In this document: positions 42,624-50,612 of the stretch, piece after piece
Numbering within the stretch: position 1 is the stretch's first letter
Layout: each line of letters begins with the position of its first letter
Origin: a virus
Length of the DNA: 64,000 nucleotides
Virus record (IMG/VR): IMGVR_UViG_3300045988_182694
Span: 5,939-69,938 of that record
Direction: 5' to 3' (one strand)
Program-made: the position numbers and the translations under genes
Notes under the pieces: model-generated
Told to the model about the DNA's origin: nothing
The model's input: only the letters and a program-made list of their open reading frames with translations
Database searches by the model: none

Positions 42624-42937
42624 GTAATACCAAGGCATCTGAAAAGCCCGTCGTCGTATTCATCAGTAATGACAACGATACCGTCATTGGTGTGATGGTC
42701 ATTAAGAACGACGATGAAAACCTGCAGAACAATCTCGAAATCATTGAGAAAAACTGGGTTGCTGCTCGTAACGAGTTGCTCCAGCGGGCTCGTGAGGACG
42801 ATAGCATTGAAGCAGACGAGGACGAGCTTCACATCGCATTCATCGCACACGAGTTGGAGATGTTCGACGAGCCCTATGAGACTATCGACATCTCCGGCGT
42901 TTACTCCGTCTCCAATGGGAATGTGGACCGCATCTAA
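42620..42937 (+). CDS. Hypothetical acidic protein (105 aa)
   Basis: ORF, translationally coupled. Confidence 0.6.
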   Translation: MSNTKASEKPVVVFISNDNDTVIGVMVIKNDDENLQNNLEIIEKNWVAARNELLQRAREDDSIEADEDELHIAFIAHELEMFDEPYETIDISGVYSVSNGNVDRI

Positions 42938-42960
42938 GTTGGTCTTGGAGACACCCACAC

Positions 42961-42999
42961 AGCGGCGCAGGCCCTACTCCGGCGCCTGCGCCGCTTTCC
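42961..42999 (+). terminator. GC-rich hairpin after CDS 42620-42937 (weak T-tract)
   Basis: AGCGGCGCAGGC...GCCTGCGCCGCT followed by TTCC. Confidence 0.4.
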
Positions 43000-43027
43000 A
43001 CTAAAAATCTTAAAAGTTAGGTACGGA

Positions 43028-43152
43028 CGGTATAACCGGAATTAACGCCTGTGGAGATGCTTGGTCGTCGTGGAAGCAGGAAGACTCTGTTGGCTGGTAA
43101 TTACGTGAGAGGTGATACCAGCACCTTTAGGGAACTGAATATGCCTGTGTTG
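43028..43152 (+). ncRNA. Conserved structured leader L2
   Basis: Aligns with L1 and L3 over its whole length; stem GCTGGTA/TACCAGC. Confidence 0.55.
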
Positions 43153-43255
43153 GGTGTATGGGGCCCTGAAATAACAGGGTTGTGTACCCGCACTTACCGT
43201 GATATCGAGCATTGTTTTAGGTGTATGGGGCCCTGAAATAACAGGGTTGTGTACC
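43153..43255 (+). CRISPR. CRISPR-like mini-array 2: 2 repeats, 1 spacer (31 nt)
   Basis: Repeat variant GGTGTATGGGGCCCTGAAATAACAGGGTTGTGTACC at 43153 and 43220. Confidence 0.5.
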
Positions 43256-43321
43256 AGATTATATATGATATGTGTGTAGGTATTCGTTTAGGACAACTTG
43301 AAGTTGAAAGGAGGTCTCTGG

Positions 43322-43843
43322 ATGGCCTCAAAAAAAATATATAGTTCCCCTGAACTCTATGAGGACAAGTTGGTGCGCGTAATGGCGCGGCTTGGTATCG
43401 AAGAAGGCGACTACAACTACGACTGGAGTCGTCAGGAGTGTTGGGTTGAGTTCAGGTACAAGGGTGAGCTTTACCGCTTCTCCCATAGCGTGAAGAACGC
43501 CCAAGAGCACGGCATCTCCCTGCAGTACGGCTCCGATGCCTTCGCACAGGTCGTGCTCTCCTTGGAAGACCTCGCCCGTATGGTCGAACGTGGTATCTAC
43601 GACCTGTCCACATGGGTGGCCGGCATGAAAGCCCTGCCGGAGCGCTCCAAGCCTTTAGATGCCTGCTTTATTGCTCTCGGTTTCGTAGAGCCTCCCACAT
43701 CCAAGGAAGAAATCACACTCCACTACCGCCGGTTGGCGAAGGTGTATCACCCTGATGCCGGCGGCGATAGCTCCTCATTTGATGCGCTGTCTAACAACTA
43801 TGCGAAATGTATGAAGATTTTCGAGGAGGTTGCCGACAAATAA
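43322..43843 (+). CDS. J-domain (DnaJ-like) protein (173 aa)
   Basis: C-terminal ...ITLHYRRLAKVYHPDAGGD... with the HPD motif. GAAAGGAGG RBS. Confidence 0.65.
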   Translation: MASKKIYSSPELYEDKLVRVMARLGIEEGDYNYDWSRQECWVEFRYKGELYRFSHSVKNAQEHGISLQYGSDAFAQVVLSLEDLARMVERGIYDLSTWVAGMKALPERSKPLDACFIALGFVEPPTSKEEITLHYRRLAKVYHPDAGGDSSSFDALSNNYAKCMKIFEEVADK

Positions 43844-44352
43844 TGTATATGTCTCAGAAAGAGTTCAACGCTATGATGAAGAAAAATCCCCGCCTCCGTG
43901 TTCACGGTGCAAACAATAACACCCGCGAGCATCGCTCTAAGGCAAATAAGGCGGCAAAATATAGAAATGTAAAGGTATACGAGTATGCCGACGGTCTGGC
44001 CTTTTTCGGTAAGCCCCGCAATAACGGTGAAATCCCTACCGCTGTCTATGACAGCAAGAAGGAATATCACCGCTGGAAAGAGCTTCAGATTTTGGAGCGT
44101 GGCGGCCACATTCACGACCTCCGCCGGCAGGTTCCTTTGACAATCATTACCGAGTTCGAGTATCGTGGTCAGAAGGTCTCCGGCATTACCTACAAGGCCG
44201 ATGCGGTCTATGTGCGTGATGGAAAGCGTGTGGTGGAGGACGTAAAGCCCTTCGATACCACAACGCAGAAGTATCGGACCACAAAGGATTTCAACCTCAA
44301 GTGGAAGCTGCTGAAAGCTGAATATCCTACTTGGTCTTTTGAAATCTATTAA
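43843..44352 (+). CDS. DUF1064-family protein (169 aa)
   Basis: KYRNVKV...DSKKEYHRWKELQILERGGHIHDLRRQ...ITYKADAVY...VVEDVKP...FNLKWKLLKAEYP matches the remembered DUF1064 pattern. Confidence 0.7.
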   Translation: MYMSQKEFNAMMKKNPRLRVHGANNNTREHRSKANKAAKYRNVKVYEYADGLAFFGKPRNNGEIPTAVYDSKKEYHRWKELQILERGGHIHDLRRQVPLTIITEFEYRGQKVSGITYKADAVYVRDGKRVVEDVKPFDTTTQKYRTTKDFNLKWKLLKAEYPTWSFEIY

Positions 44353-44365
44353 AAACGAGTACGGA

Positions 44366-44490
44366 TGGTATAACCGGAATTAACGCCTGTGGAGATGCAT
44401 GGTCGTCGTGGAAGCAGGAATACTCTGTTGGCTGGTAATCATGTGAGAGATGATACTGGCACCTTTGGGGAACTGAATATGCCTGTGTCG
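44366..44490 (+). ncRNA. Conserved structured leader L3 (TGGTATAAC at 44366-44374)
   Basis: Aligns with L1 and L2; stem GCTGGTA/TACTGGC keeps pairing through two G.U pairs in plus sense. Confidence 0.55.
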
Positions 44491-44633
44491 GGTATATAGA
44501 ACCCTGAAACGACAGGGTTGTGTATCACAGAATAACTGCGGCAGCGGCATATATGGCTCTGAAACAACAGGGTTGTATACCGCATAAAAAAGGCTATGGT
44601 GTGTAATACCCTGAAATAACAAGGTTGTGTACC
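44491..44633 (+). CRISPR. CRISPR-like array 3: 3 diverged repeats with short spacers (19 and 16 nt)
   Basis: Repeats at 44491, 44546 and 44598 share CCCTGAAA(C/T)(G/A)ACA(G/A)GGTTGT(A/G)TA(C/T)C. Confidence 0.4.
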
Positions 44634-44817
44634 CCATAACATATTGTTTCTGAAAGGGGTGGACGGCAAGTGGAAAATCTGAGCAACATCCGGTGGCGAG
44701 TTCATCTGTACCCCTGCTACGGTGGAGGGGATGGTATTTTCCTCGCTTACTTCGGCCTCGTGCAGTGAGTGATTGCAGGGCTTTCGACGGTTCCGCAAAT
44801 TTGTTCGTTCCAAGAAC

Positions 44818-44896
44818 TTGACAAAATATCGAAATATAGTAGTATAGAATTATAAGGAAGGACAGTCTAACACAGACTGTCCTTCCGCTTTTTTAT
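44818..44896 (+). promoter_or_regulatory. Plus-strand variant of the promoter-hairpin module (copy I)
   Basis: TTGACA (44818-44823), 17 nt, AGTATAGAATTATAA, then a 13-bp hairpin GGAAGGACAGTCT-AACAC-AGACTGTCCTTCC and T6. Confidence 0.6.
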
Positions 44897-44919
44897 GCTC
44901 TGAAAGGGGATGACAATTT

Positions 44920-45717
44920 TTGGAAAGCACAAGCAAAAAACAAGTAAAATGGGGGGTTTTCAAAATTGCACTCTTTACGTTCCTGTTCGCCGCAGTATCC
45001 GTTTTCTACTTTCTCTCCGCCAACATGACACTCGCACAGGCCGAAGAGCGCTCAAACCACGAAGCGCCTCCTGCTGGAGCAGCGGTTGCCACCCAGATGG
45101 ACGGCACCAAGCTGTCGGAAAAAGCGCAGCAAGATGTTCTGGAACTGAAGGAAGGAGTTCTCGACCCTCTTTCCGACATCACAGAAGTAGAGAACTCTGA
45201 AGATGACCCCGACGCCGTGGAGGAAGTACAGGAAGTCGTTCCGACAGTCTGTTCCTACTGCGGCTCTGAGAACCATAGTTCCTCAATCTGTGCAAAGAGG
45301 TCTATCGCCAATGGTGCCTATGGGCGCTGGGTGATTCCGTCTGTTGGCTGTAATGTAGCGGCCTACTCGTGTAACTGGGATGCAGACCAATCCTATGTTC
45401 AGGAAATTACTGACCGTTCCGACAGTGCAGCTTTCTTGACCTGCGGCGGCGTTGGCGTTCTTGCGGACCACAATAACCAAGGTTTTTGGGGACTTTCCAA
45501 TGTTTCTGTTGGCACGAAAGCCTACATGGATTTTGGTGATGGCGCGACTTACTACGAGTGCTATCAGGTTGAATATGGACACAATACCGGCGAAAAGATG
45601 CTCGATGGAAACGGAAACATAATGAGCTACAGCAACTATTCTTCCGGCACTGTGATTTGTTACACCTGCCTTGACCACTGGACAAACATTTACGTCACTT
45701 ACTGGACTCCGTCGTAA
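44920..45717 (+). CDS. Secreted or membrane-anchored protein 1 with CCHC zinc knuckle and His/Cys (sortase-like layout) domain
   Basis: N-terminal hydrophobic anchor, acidic linker, CSYCGSENHSSSIC, ...LADHNNQGF...ICYTC.... Probable TTG start. Confidence 0.6.
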   Translation: MESTSKKQVKWGVFKIALFTFLFAAVSVFYFLSANMTLAQAEERSNHEAPPAGAAVATQMDGTKLSEKAQQDVLELKEGVLDPLSDITEVENSEDDPDAVEEVQEVVPTVCSYCGSENHSSSICAKRSIANGAYGRWVIPSVGCNVAAYSCNWDADQSYVQEITDRSDSAAFLTCGGVGVLADHNNQGFWGLSNVSVGTKAYMDFGDGATYYECYQVEYGHNTGEKMLDGNGNIMSYSNYSSGTVICYTCLDHWTNIYVTYWTPS

Positions 45718-45740
45718 TCGAAAAGAAAGGACAAAAGAAC

Positions 45741-46541
45741 ATGAAAACGAAATTCAAAATTCCTCGGTGGGCTCTCTTCACCGTTATCATTCTGGCCTTC
45801 ATTGGCGGTCTTTTCGCAATCTCTACGCTGCCCGTCTTTGCAGCCCGCGAAAGCTCTCCGCCTTTGGCAGTAGCAGAAGCCGCGCAGAACGAGGAAAAGG
45901 ACGCAAATTCTGATGCTCAGACTCCCGAAGCAGACAAGACGACCGATGAACAGGGAAGTGCTGAAGCCCCCGTAGAGGCCGAGTCTCAGGCAGACGACGC
46001 CGACGTTGTCGAAGAGACTCCCGCCGAAGAGCCTGTTCAGGAAACCCCGACTACCTGTTCCTACTGCGGCAGTGCAGAACACACCAGAGACTACTGCGCC
46101 GTTCGTGCCGTTGACAATGGTGCCGTTGGCCGGCTCCGGATTCCCTCTGTCGGTGTTGACGTGGCTGTCTACGACGTTACTTGGTACTCTCTGCAGCATA
46201 CCACCGAGAGTGACAACTACACGCAGGCCGTTACAGATGCATGGGACAGCGCAGCACAAATCGTCTATCTCGGCCAGACCGTTATTGGCGACCATAATAA
46301 TCAGGGCTTCTCCGCCATCAACAACTGCTCCGAAGGCACCTACGCTTACATCGACATGGGCGACTCTGTCCTGACCTATGTTTGCACCGGCATCCAGCAT
46401 GGTCGTAACCCCGGTGGCTATCTCACCGGGGCCGATGGCGATAGCATCTATACCTCTTACTTCAATCCCAACGGTCTGACGCTGTATACCTGTCTCGACC
46501 ACAACTTCAATGTTGCCCTCGTGACATTCCAGCTTGCATAA
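45741..46541 (+). CDS. Secreted or membrane-anchored zinc-knuckle protein 2 (paralog)
   Basis: Signal/TM segment, acidic linker, CSYCGSAEHTRDYC, ...IGDHNNQGF...LTLYTC.... Confidence 0.7.
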   Translation: MKTKFKIPRWALFTVIILAFIGGLFAISTLPVFAARESSPPLAVAEAAQNEEKDANSDAQTPEADKTTDEQGSAEAPVEAESQADDADVVEETPAEEPVQETPTTCSYCGSAEHTRDYCAVRAVDNGAVGRLRIPSVGVDVAVYDVTWYSLQHTTESDNYTQAVTDAWDSAAQIVYLGQTVIGDHNNQGFSAINNCSEGTYAYIDMGDSVLTYVCTGIQHGRNPGGYLTGADGDSIYTSYFNPNGLTLYTCLDHNFNVALVTFQLA

Positions 46542-46557
46542 AGGGGGTGCAGCTTTA

Positions 46558-47331
46558 ATGAAAACAAAGAAGATTTCCCGCCGCGCTGTTACGCTGGCTG
46601 CCTTTTTGCTGGTAAGTGCAACATCTTTACATATGGCCTGTGCAGAGGCTTCGGTGCCGTTCGATTACTTTACTGATGACCTCTCTGTGTCCGCTGCCGC
46701 CGTTGTGGAGGAAGATAAATACCTGCCTCCTGAGTGGTTCACAAAAGAAAATGCTGTAAGTGAAGTGGACTCAGACACGCCTCCGGTGGAGACTCCTACC
46801 CCTGCGGGCGAATTCTCTGTAGCGACCCCCGTGTCTGAGCCCGCACTGGAAACCGCAGCAGCCTGCAGCTATTGCGGCAGCGCAGGGCACTCGCAGAATA
46901 GGTGTGCCGTTTACGCTGTCGAACAGCGAGGTGCCGTTGGGCGTTGGTCTGTCCCTTCTATTGGAATAGATGTCGCTTGCTTCACCTATGTGCTTGGAAG
47001 CGATTCTTTCGAGTACGGACAGGCAATTTGTGACGCTGCCGATAGTGCCGGCTACAGTGCGTATGGGAGCCAGTATCTCATTGCAGACCACAACTATCAG
47101 GGCTTTTCTGCCATAGCCAACTGCGCGGTTGGTGCGGTGGGATATATGGATTACGGAAACAGTCGAACAGAATATGTTTGTACTGGGGTGGAGTATGGGC
47201 ACAATGAAGGCACGGAACTGACTGATAATGACGGAAACGATGTTGCGTACAACAACAGTGGAGGAATTACCCTTTACACCTGTTACAACGGTTGGCAAAA
47301 CGTCGTTATCGTTTACTTTACTCCGACTTAA
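46558..47331 (+). CDS. Secreted or membrane-anchored zinc-knuckle protein 3 (paralog)
   Basis: ATG 46558 behind a GGGGG RBS; CSYCGSAGHSQNRC; ...IADHNYQGF...ITLYTC.... Confidence 0.7.
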   Translation: MKTKKISRRAVTLAAFLLVSATSLHMACAEASVPFDYFTDDLSVSAAAVVEEDKYLPPEWFTKENAVSEVDSDTPPVETPTPAGEFSVATPVSEPALETAAACSYCGSAGHSQNRCAVYAVEQRGAVGRWSVPSIGIDVACFTYVLGSDSFEYGQAICDAADSAGYSAYGSQYLIADHNYQGFSAIANCAVGAVGYMDYGNSRTEYVCTGVEYGHNEGTELTDNDGNDVAYNNSGGITLYTCYNGWQNVVIVYFTPT

Positions 47332-47368
47332 CTGTCGGTATCCAAAACGCCGAGAGGAGGCATATAAA

Positions 47369-47557
47369 ATGGCACGTCCCGTAAAGAATAAGGCCCCCAA
47401 ACTGAAAGCAATTTACTATCGGAACGGGGTGCGCGAAGATGATGATGTTTCCTACGATGGAATGGAGATAACCAGTCCGACACTGGCAACGCTCATTATT
47501 GAAGTCAGGAGACGTCTTGAAAAGCAAAACACCACCCCTCAGGAAGTTGTTTCCTGA
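47369..47557 (+). CDS. Small basic protein (62 aa)
   Basis: GAGAGGAGG RBS then ATG 47369. Confidence 0.55.
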   Translation: MARPVKNKAPKLKAIYYRNGVREDDDVSYDGMEITSPTLATLIIEVRRRLEKQNTTPQEVVS

Positions 47558-47570
47558 GGGGCCCTTTTTC
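47535..47570 (+). terminator. Intrinsic terminator
   Basis: CCCCTCAGGAA-GTTGT-TTCCTGAGGGG followed by CCCTTTTT. Confidence 0.7.
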
Positions 47571-47581
47571 GGGATGGAGAC

Positions 47582-47610
47582 TTGTCATTTTTTTATGTTT
47601 ACTTTATAAT
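47582..47610 (+). promoter_or_regulatory. Promoter of the serine recombinase gene
   Basis: TTGTCA (47582-47587), 17 nt, TATAAT (47605-47610). Confidence 0.6.
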
Positions 47611-47657
47611 AGATGCGAGCGTCTGTGCAGAGGACGTACCATAAAGAAAGGAGAAAT

Positions 47658-49256
47658 ATGACTACTGAAAGAAAGAAGAAAACAACAGAAGAAAAAGTAA
47701 AGAGAAACACAACAAAGAAAGCGAGTAACACAACACGAAACACACAACCCAAGAAGAATAGCAAGAAGAAAACCAACAATTTACCCTTAGCACTTCCTGA
47801 TTTTCAGACTTTCCTTGAGAGTGATAAACCCCTTGATGAATTCTTAAAAATCACAGCCTGTTATGTCCGAGTCTCGACGGATGCACAGGCGGAACAAGGA
47901 TATTCAATTCCCGACCAGACCGCAAAGCTACAGGCGTTTTGCACTGTGAAGGGATGGGAGAACGTGAAGTTCTACACCGACCCCGGCTTCAGTGGCAGCA
48001 ACCTCAACAGACCGGCAATGCAGGAGTTAATAGCTGATGCTATGGCAGGGCGCCTGAAGGCAGTCATCGTATTTAAGCTGGACCGATTATCACGAAGTCA
48101 AAAGGATACACTCTACCTGATTGAAGATGTGTTCCTTCCAAATGAAGTGGATTTCGTCAGTATCTCTGAATCCCTCGACACAAGTACCCCCTTTGGCCGA
48201 GCTATGATAGGTATTTTGAGCGTTTTCGCGCAGTTGGAGCGTGAGAACATCTACTTACGTACCCGTATTGGCATGAAGGGACGTATAAGTTCCGGATTTT
48301 GGAGAGGTGGCGGCAATATTCCGTTCGGCTACGATTACGACAAAGATAAGAAAACGCTTGTCCCTAACGCCGACGCGCCTAAAGTGCAGCAGATATTCGA
48401 CCTCTATATCAAAGGCTATAGTTGCCAGAAGATTGCAGATATGTTAGGTCTCTGCAACGATATGATGGTACGGAATATTCTGAAACGACGTACTTACTGT
48501 GGGTATGTCAACTACAAGGAAGAAGAATATCCGGGCGTCCATGAGCCATTGATTTCCGAGGAAACCTTCGATATTGCTGCGGCTGAGTATGACCGCAGGA
48601 GTCGTGCTGGCCTTAATGCGTGTGGCGCAAACACGTATTATCTTTTGGCAGGACTTGTCTATTGCGGCGATTGCGAAGCGCGGATGCGTTATATGAAGTG
48701 GGGTAAATACTTCAAAATCATATGCTATTCTCATACCAGCAAAGCCTCGATGGTTAAGAACCCTGATTGTCCCAACATGGGCTTTCTTGCTTCTGATATA
48801 GAAGAGCTTGTTATCAATAAGCTCTTTGGAATTGGTTCCGGTGTTCCCCTCGAAGAATTTGAGGTAAAGTGGCATTCACCCAATACTCGTGAGATTATTG
48901 AGAAGCGCATCTCGGATGCGACTACAAAACTCAAGCGGCTGTACGGGCTTTATTCTGAGTCCGGTGACAGCGTCATCCACGAACGCATCTTTGCCGTCCG
49001 TAACCAAATTCGCACGTTACAGCAAGAACTCGACAACGAGGACAAGCATAGCATTAGGGACAGCCATGTGAGCTATGTTCGAGACCGTATTAAAAACGTG
49101 GGTGACATCTGGCCGCATTTAACACCTATGGAACGGCAGACTCTCATTCGTGATTGTGTTGATAAGATTATTATTCATCACGATGGAAGCGTCGAGATTT
49201 TCTTTTCTTTCTCTACTTTCGATGAGGACAAGCAGTGTATCGAAGACGAAAATTGA
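47658..49256 (+). CDS. Large serine recombinase/integrase (532 aa) with Lys-rich N-terminal extension
   Basis: Resolvase core YVRVSTDAQ...LDRLSRS...; recombinase and zinc-ribbon region CGDCEARMRY...; coiled-coil C-terminus. ATG 47658 behind AAAGGAGAAAT. Confidence 0.85.
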   Translation: MTTERKKKTTEEKVKRNTTKKASNTTRNTQPKKNSKKKTNNLPLALPDFQTFLESDKPLDEFLKITACYVRVSTDAQAEQGYSIPDQTAKLQAFCTVKGWENVKFYTDPGFSGSNLNRPAMQELIADAMAGRLKAVIVFKLDRLSRSQKDTLYLIEDVFLPNEVDFVSISESLDTSTPFGRAMIGILSVFAQLERENIYLRTRIGMKGRISSGFWRGGGNIPFGYDYDKDKKTLVPNADAPKVQQIFDLYIKGYSCQKIADMLGLCNDMMVRNILKRRTYCGYVNYKEEEYPGVHEPLISEETFDIAAAEYDRRSRAGLNACGANTYYLLAGLVYCGDCEARMRYMKWGKYFKIICYSHTSKASMVKNPDCPNMGFLASDIEELVINKLFGIGSGVPLEEFEVKWHSPNTREIIEKRISDATTKLKRLYGLYSESGDSVIHERIFAVRNQIRTLQQELDNEDKHSIRDSHVSYVRDRIKNVGDIWPHLTPMERQTLIRDCVDKIIIHHDGSVEIFFSFSTFDEDKQCIEDEN

Positions 49257-49291
49257 TGTTAGAGGTGCCGTTAAGATTTTAATTTCTTGCA

Positions 49292-49326
49292 ACAAACGCG
49301 CCTCGCAAGAGGCGCGTTTGTTTGTG
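49292..49326 (+). terminator. Intrinsic terminator after the recombinase gene
   Basis: CAAACGCGCCTC-GCAA-GAGGCGCGTTTG followed by TTTGTG. Confidence 0.7.
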
Positions 49327-49442
49327 CTTCGACAAATTTTCAAAACTTTTGAGAAATATTTTTTTCTCCGTCCATATATCATCGGGACTATTGAGACAGG
49401 GTGAAATAACTCAAAAGTTAATTTTTTAGAGGATTTCCATAC

Positions 49443-50087
49443 ATGAAAAACAAAACTAATATGTTGCAAAACGAAGCAATTACCGTCATTTTGAACTATT
49501 TTGAAAACAAATCAGAAGAAGATGGACAATGTGACGAACTCTGCACAGCGCTTCGCGTTTTGGAAAAAATTAGGAGAAATAATGAAACTTTAGGGTGGAA
49601 ACAGCTTGGAGCCATTGCAGCCGTCGAGCGATACATTGAAAAAACGGGGGGTAATTCTCCAAGAATGTACGAGATTCCGGAAGATAAGCAGCTTCCGGGT
49701 GCGAGGGCTTTTCGTGCAATTTTTGGGATGCCGGTACATAAGTGGCTTCTTGAAAATTATCCAGAATATACAAAAACTTCCTCAAATCAATATTTTTACG
49801 GAGGAACTCGCTATAGTAGCGTCGAAGAAGTTCAAAATATATTCGTGGAAGAGTACCTTAAATTGAAGCCGCTTGGTCAAGATGACTTCAATCGAAGGAA
49901 GGCAAAAACTGTTCCTACGTGGAATTCAATGTCGGCTCTGCTTAATCTGACTTCTTGGAATACCTTGATTGATAAGCTGGGCTTGCCCCGCTATGGACAG
50001 AAACCAAAGATAAAACCGAGGGTCACATATATGAATATCTCCGTCTCTGATGAAGAGAGTACATCTTCCGATGGTGTCGATGTATGA
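49443..50087 (+). CDS. Hypothetical protein with homing-endonuclease-associated-repeat-like motif (214 aa)
   Basis: AT-rich ORF; ...VPTWNSMSALLNLTSWNTLIDKLGLP... resembles the HNH-associated repeat. Confidence 0.45.
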   Translation: MKNKTNMLQNEAITVILNYFENKSEEDGQCDELCTALRVLEKIRRNNETLGWKQLGAIAAVERYIEKTGGNSPRMYEIPEDKQLPGARAFRAIFGMPVHKWLLENYPEYTKTSSNQYFYGGTRYSSVEEVQNIFVEEYLKLKPLGQDDFNRRKAKTVPTWNSMSALLNLTSWNTLIDKLGLPRYGQKPKIKPRVTYMNISVSDEESTSSDGVDV

Positions 50088-50572
50088 GCAAAAAGAAAAC
50101 AAGATGGAACACAAGGCTCATGCATAAGCGGCTTGATGCATTCGTAGCTAAGAATCATCGTATTCCGACCAGACGGGAATTAAAAGCGCACAATGGATTA
50201 CCTGCACCATATATAATTGAGAAGTTCGGTAAGAAGAACTATCGGCTGTGGCTTCAGGCGAGGTATCCTGAGTACGTTTGTGAAAACTGGCAGCTCGACC
50301 TTTTGGCAAAGCGTCAGGTATCACGGCGGCGTTGGATTGCACTTTTCCAAAAAGAGTACATGAGAATAAAGCCCACTTCTGGACGTCAGTACAATGAGAA
50401 TCGCACTCAAGGGACTCCTACATGGGGAACGATTGCCAAGTATATTGGAGAGGACCACAATAAATGGAATAATCTCAAAACCGTTGCTGGTGTAGAAGGT
50501 ATTTCCATTCCCCCTAAAGAGAAGCCGACGACTGAATTCAAGGTATCTGTGTTCGTCGAATTCATTCATTAG
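50084..50572 (+). CDS. Hypothetical protein with two homing-endonuclease-associated-repeat-like motifs (162 aa)
   Basis: RIPTRRELKAHNGLPAPYIIEKFGKKNY and GTPTWGTIAKYIGEDHNKWNNLKTVAGV. Confidence 0.45.
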   Translation: MSKKKTRWNTRLMHKRLDAFVAKNHRIPTRRELKAHNGLPAPYIIEKFGKKNYRLWLQARYPEYVCENWQLDLLAKRQVSRRRWIALFQKEYMRIKPTSGRQYNENRTQGTPTWGTIAKYIGEDHNKWNNLKTVAGVEGISIPPKEKPTTEFKVSVFVEFIH

Positions 50573-50574
50573 CG

Positions 50575-50612
50575 CAAAAAAAAAGACCACCATATGGTGG
50601 TCTTTTTTTTAA
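50575..50612. terminator. Bidirectional terminator between convergent gene blocks
   Basis: A9-AGACCACC-ATAT-GGTGGTCT-T8. Confidence 0.8.

Noticed and set aside
41134-44640. Search for cas1, cas2, cas4, Cas6-like or other effector genes next to the arrays.
   Set aside because: None of the neighbouring ORFs (PA-rich protein, CxxC mini-protein, acidic protein, J-domain protein, DUF1064) shows Cas-like motifs. Adaptation genes are therefore reported as absent from the window, not as evidence against the arrays.
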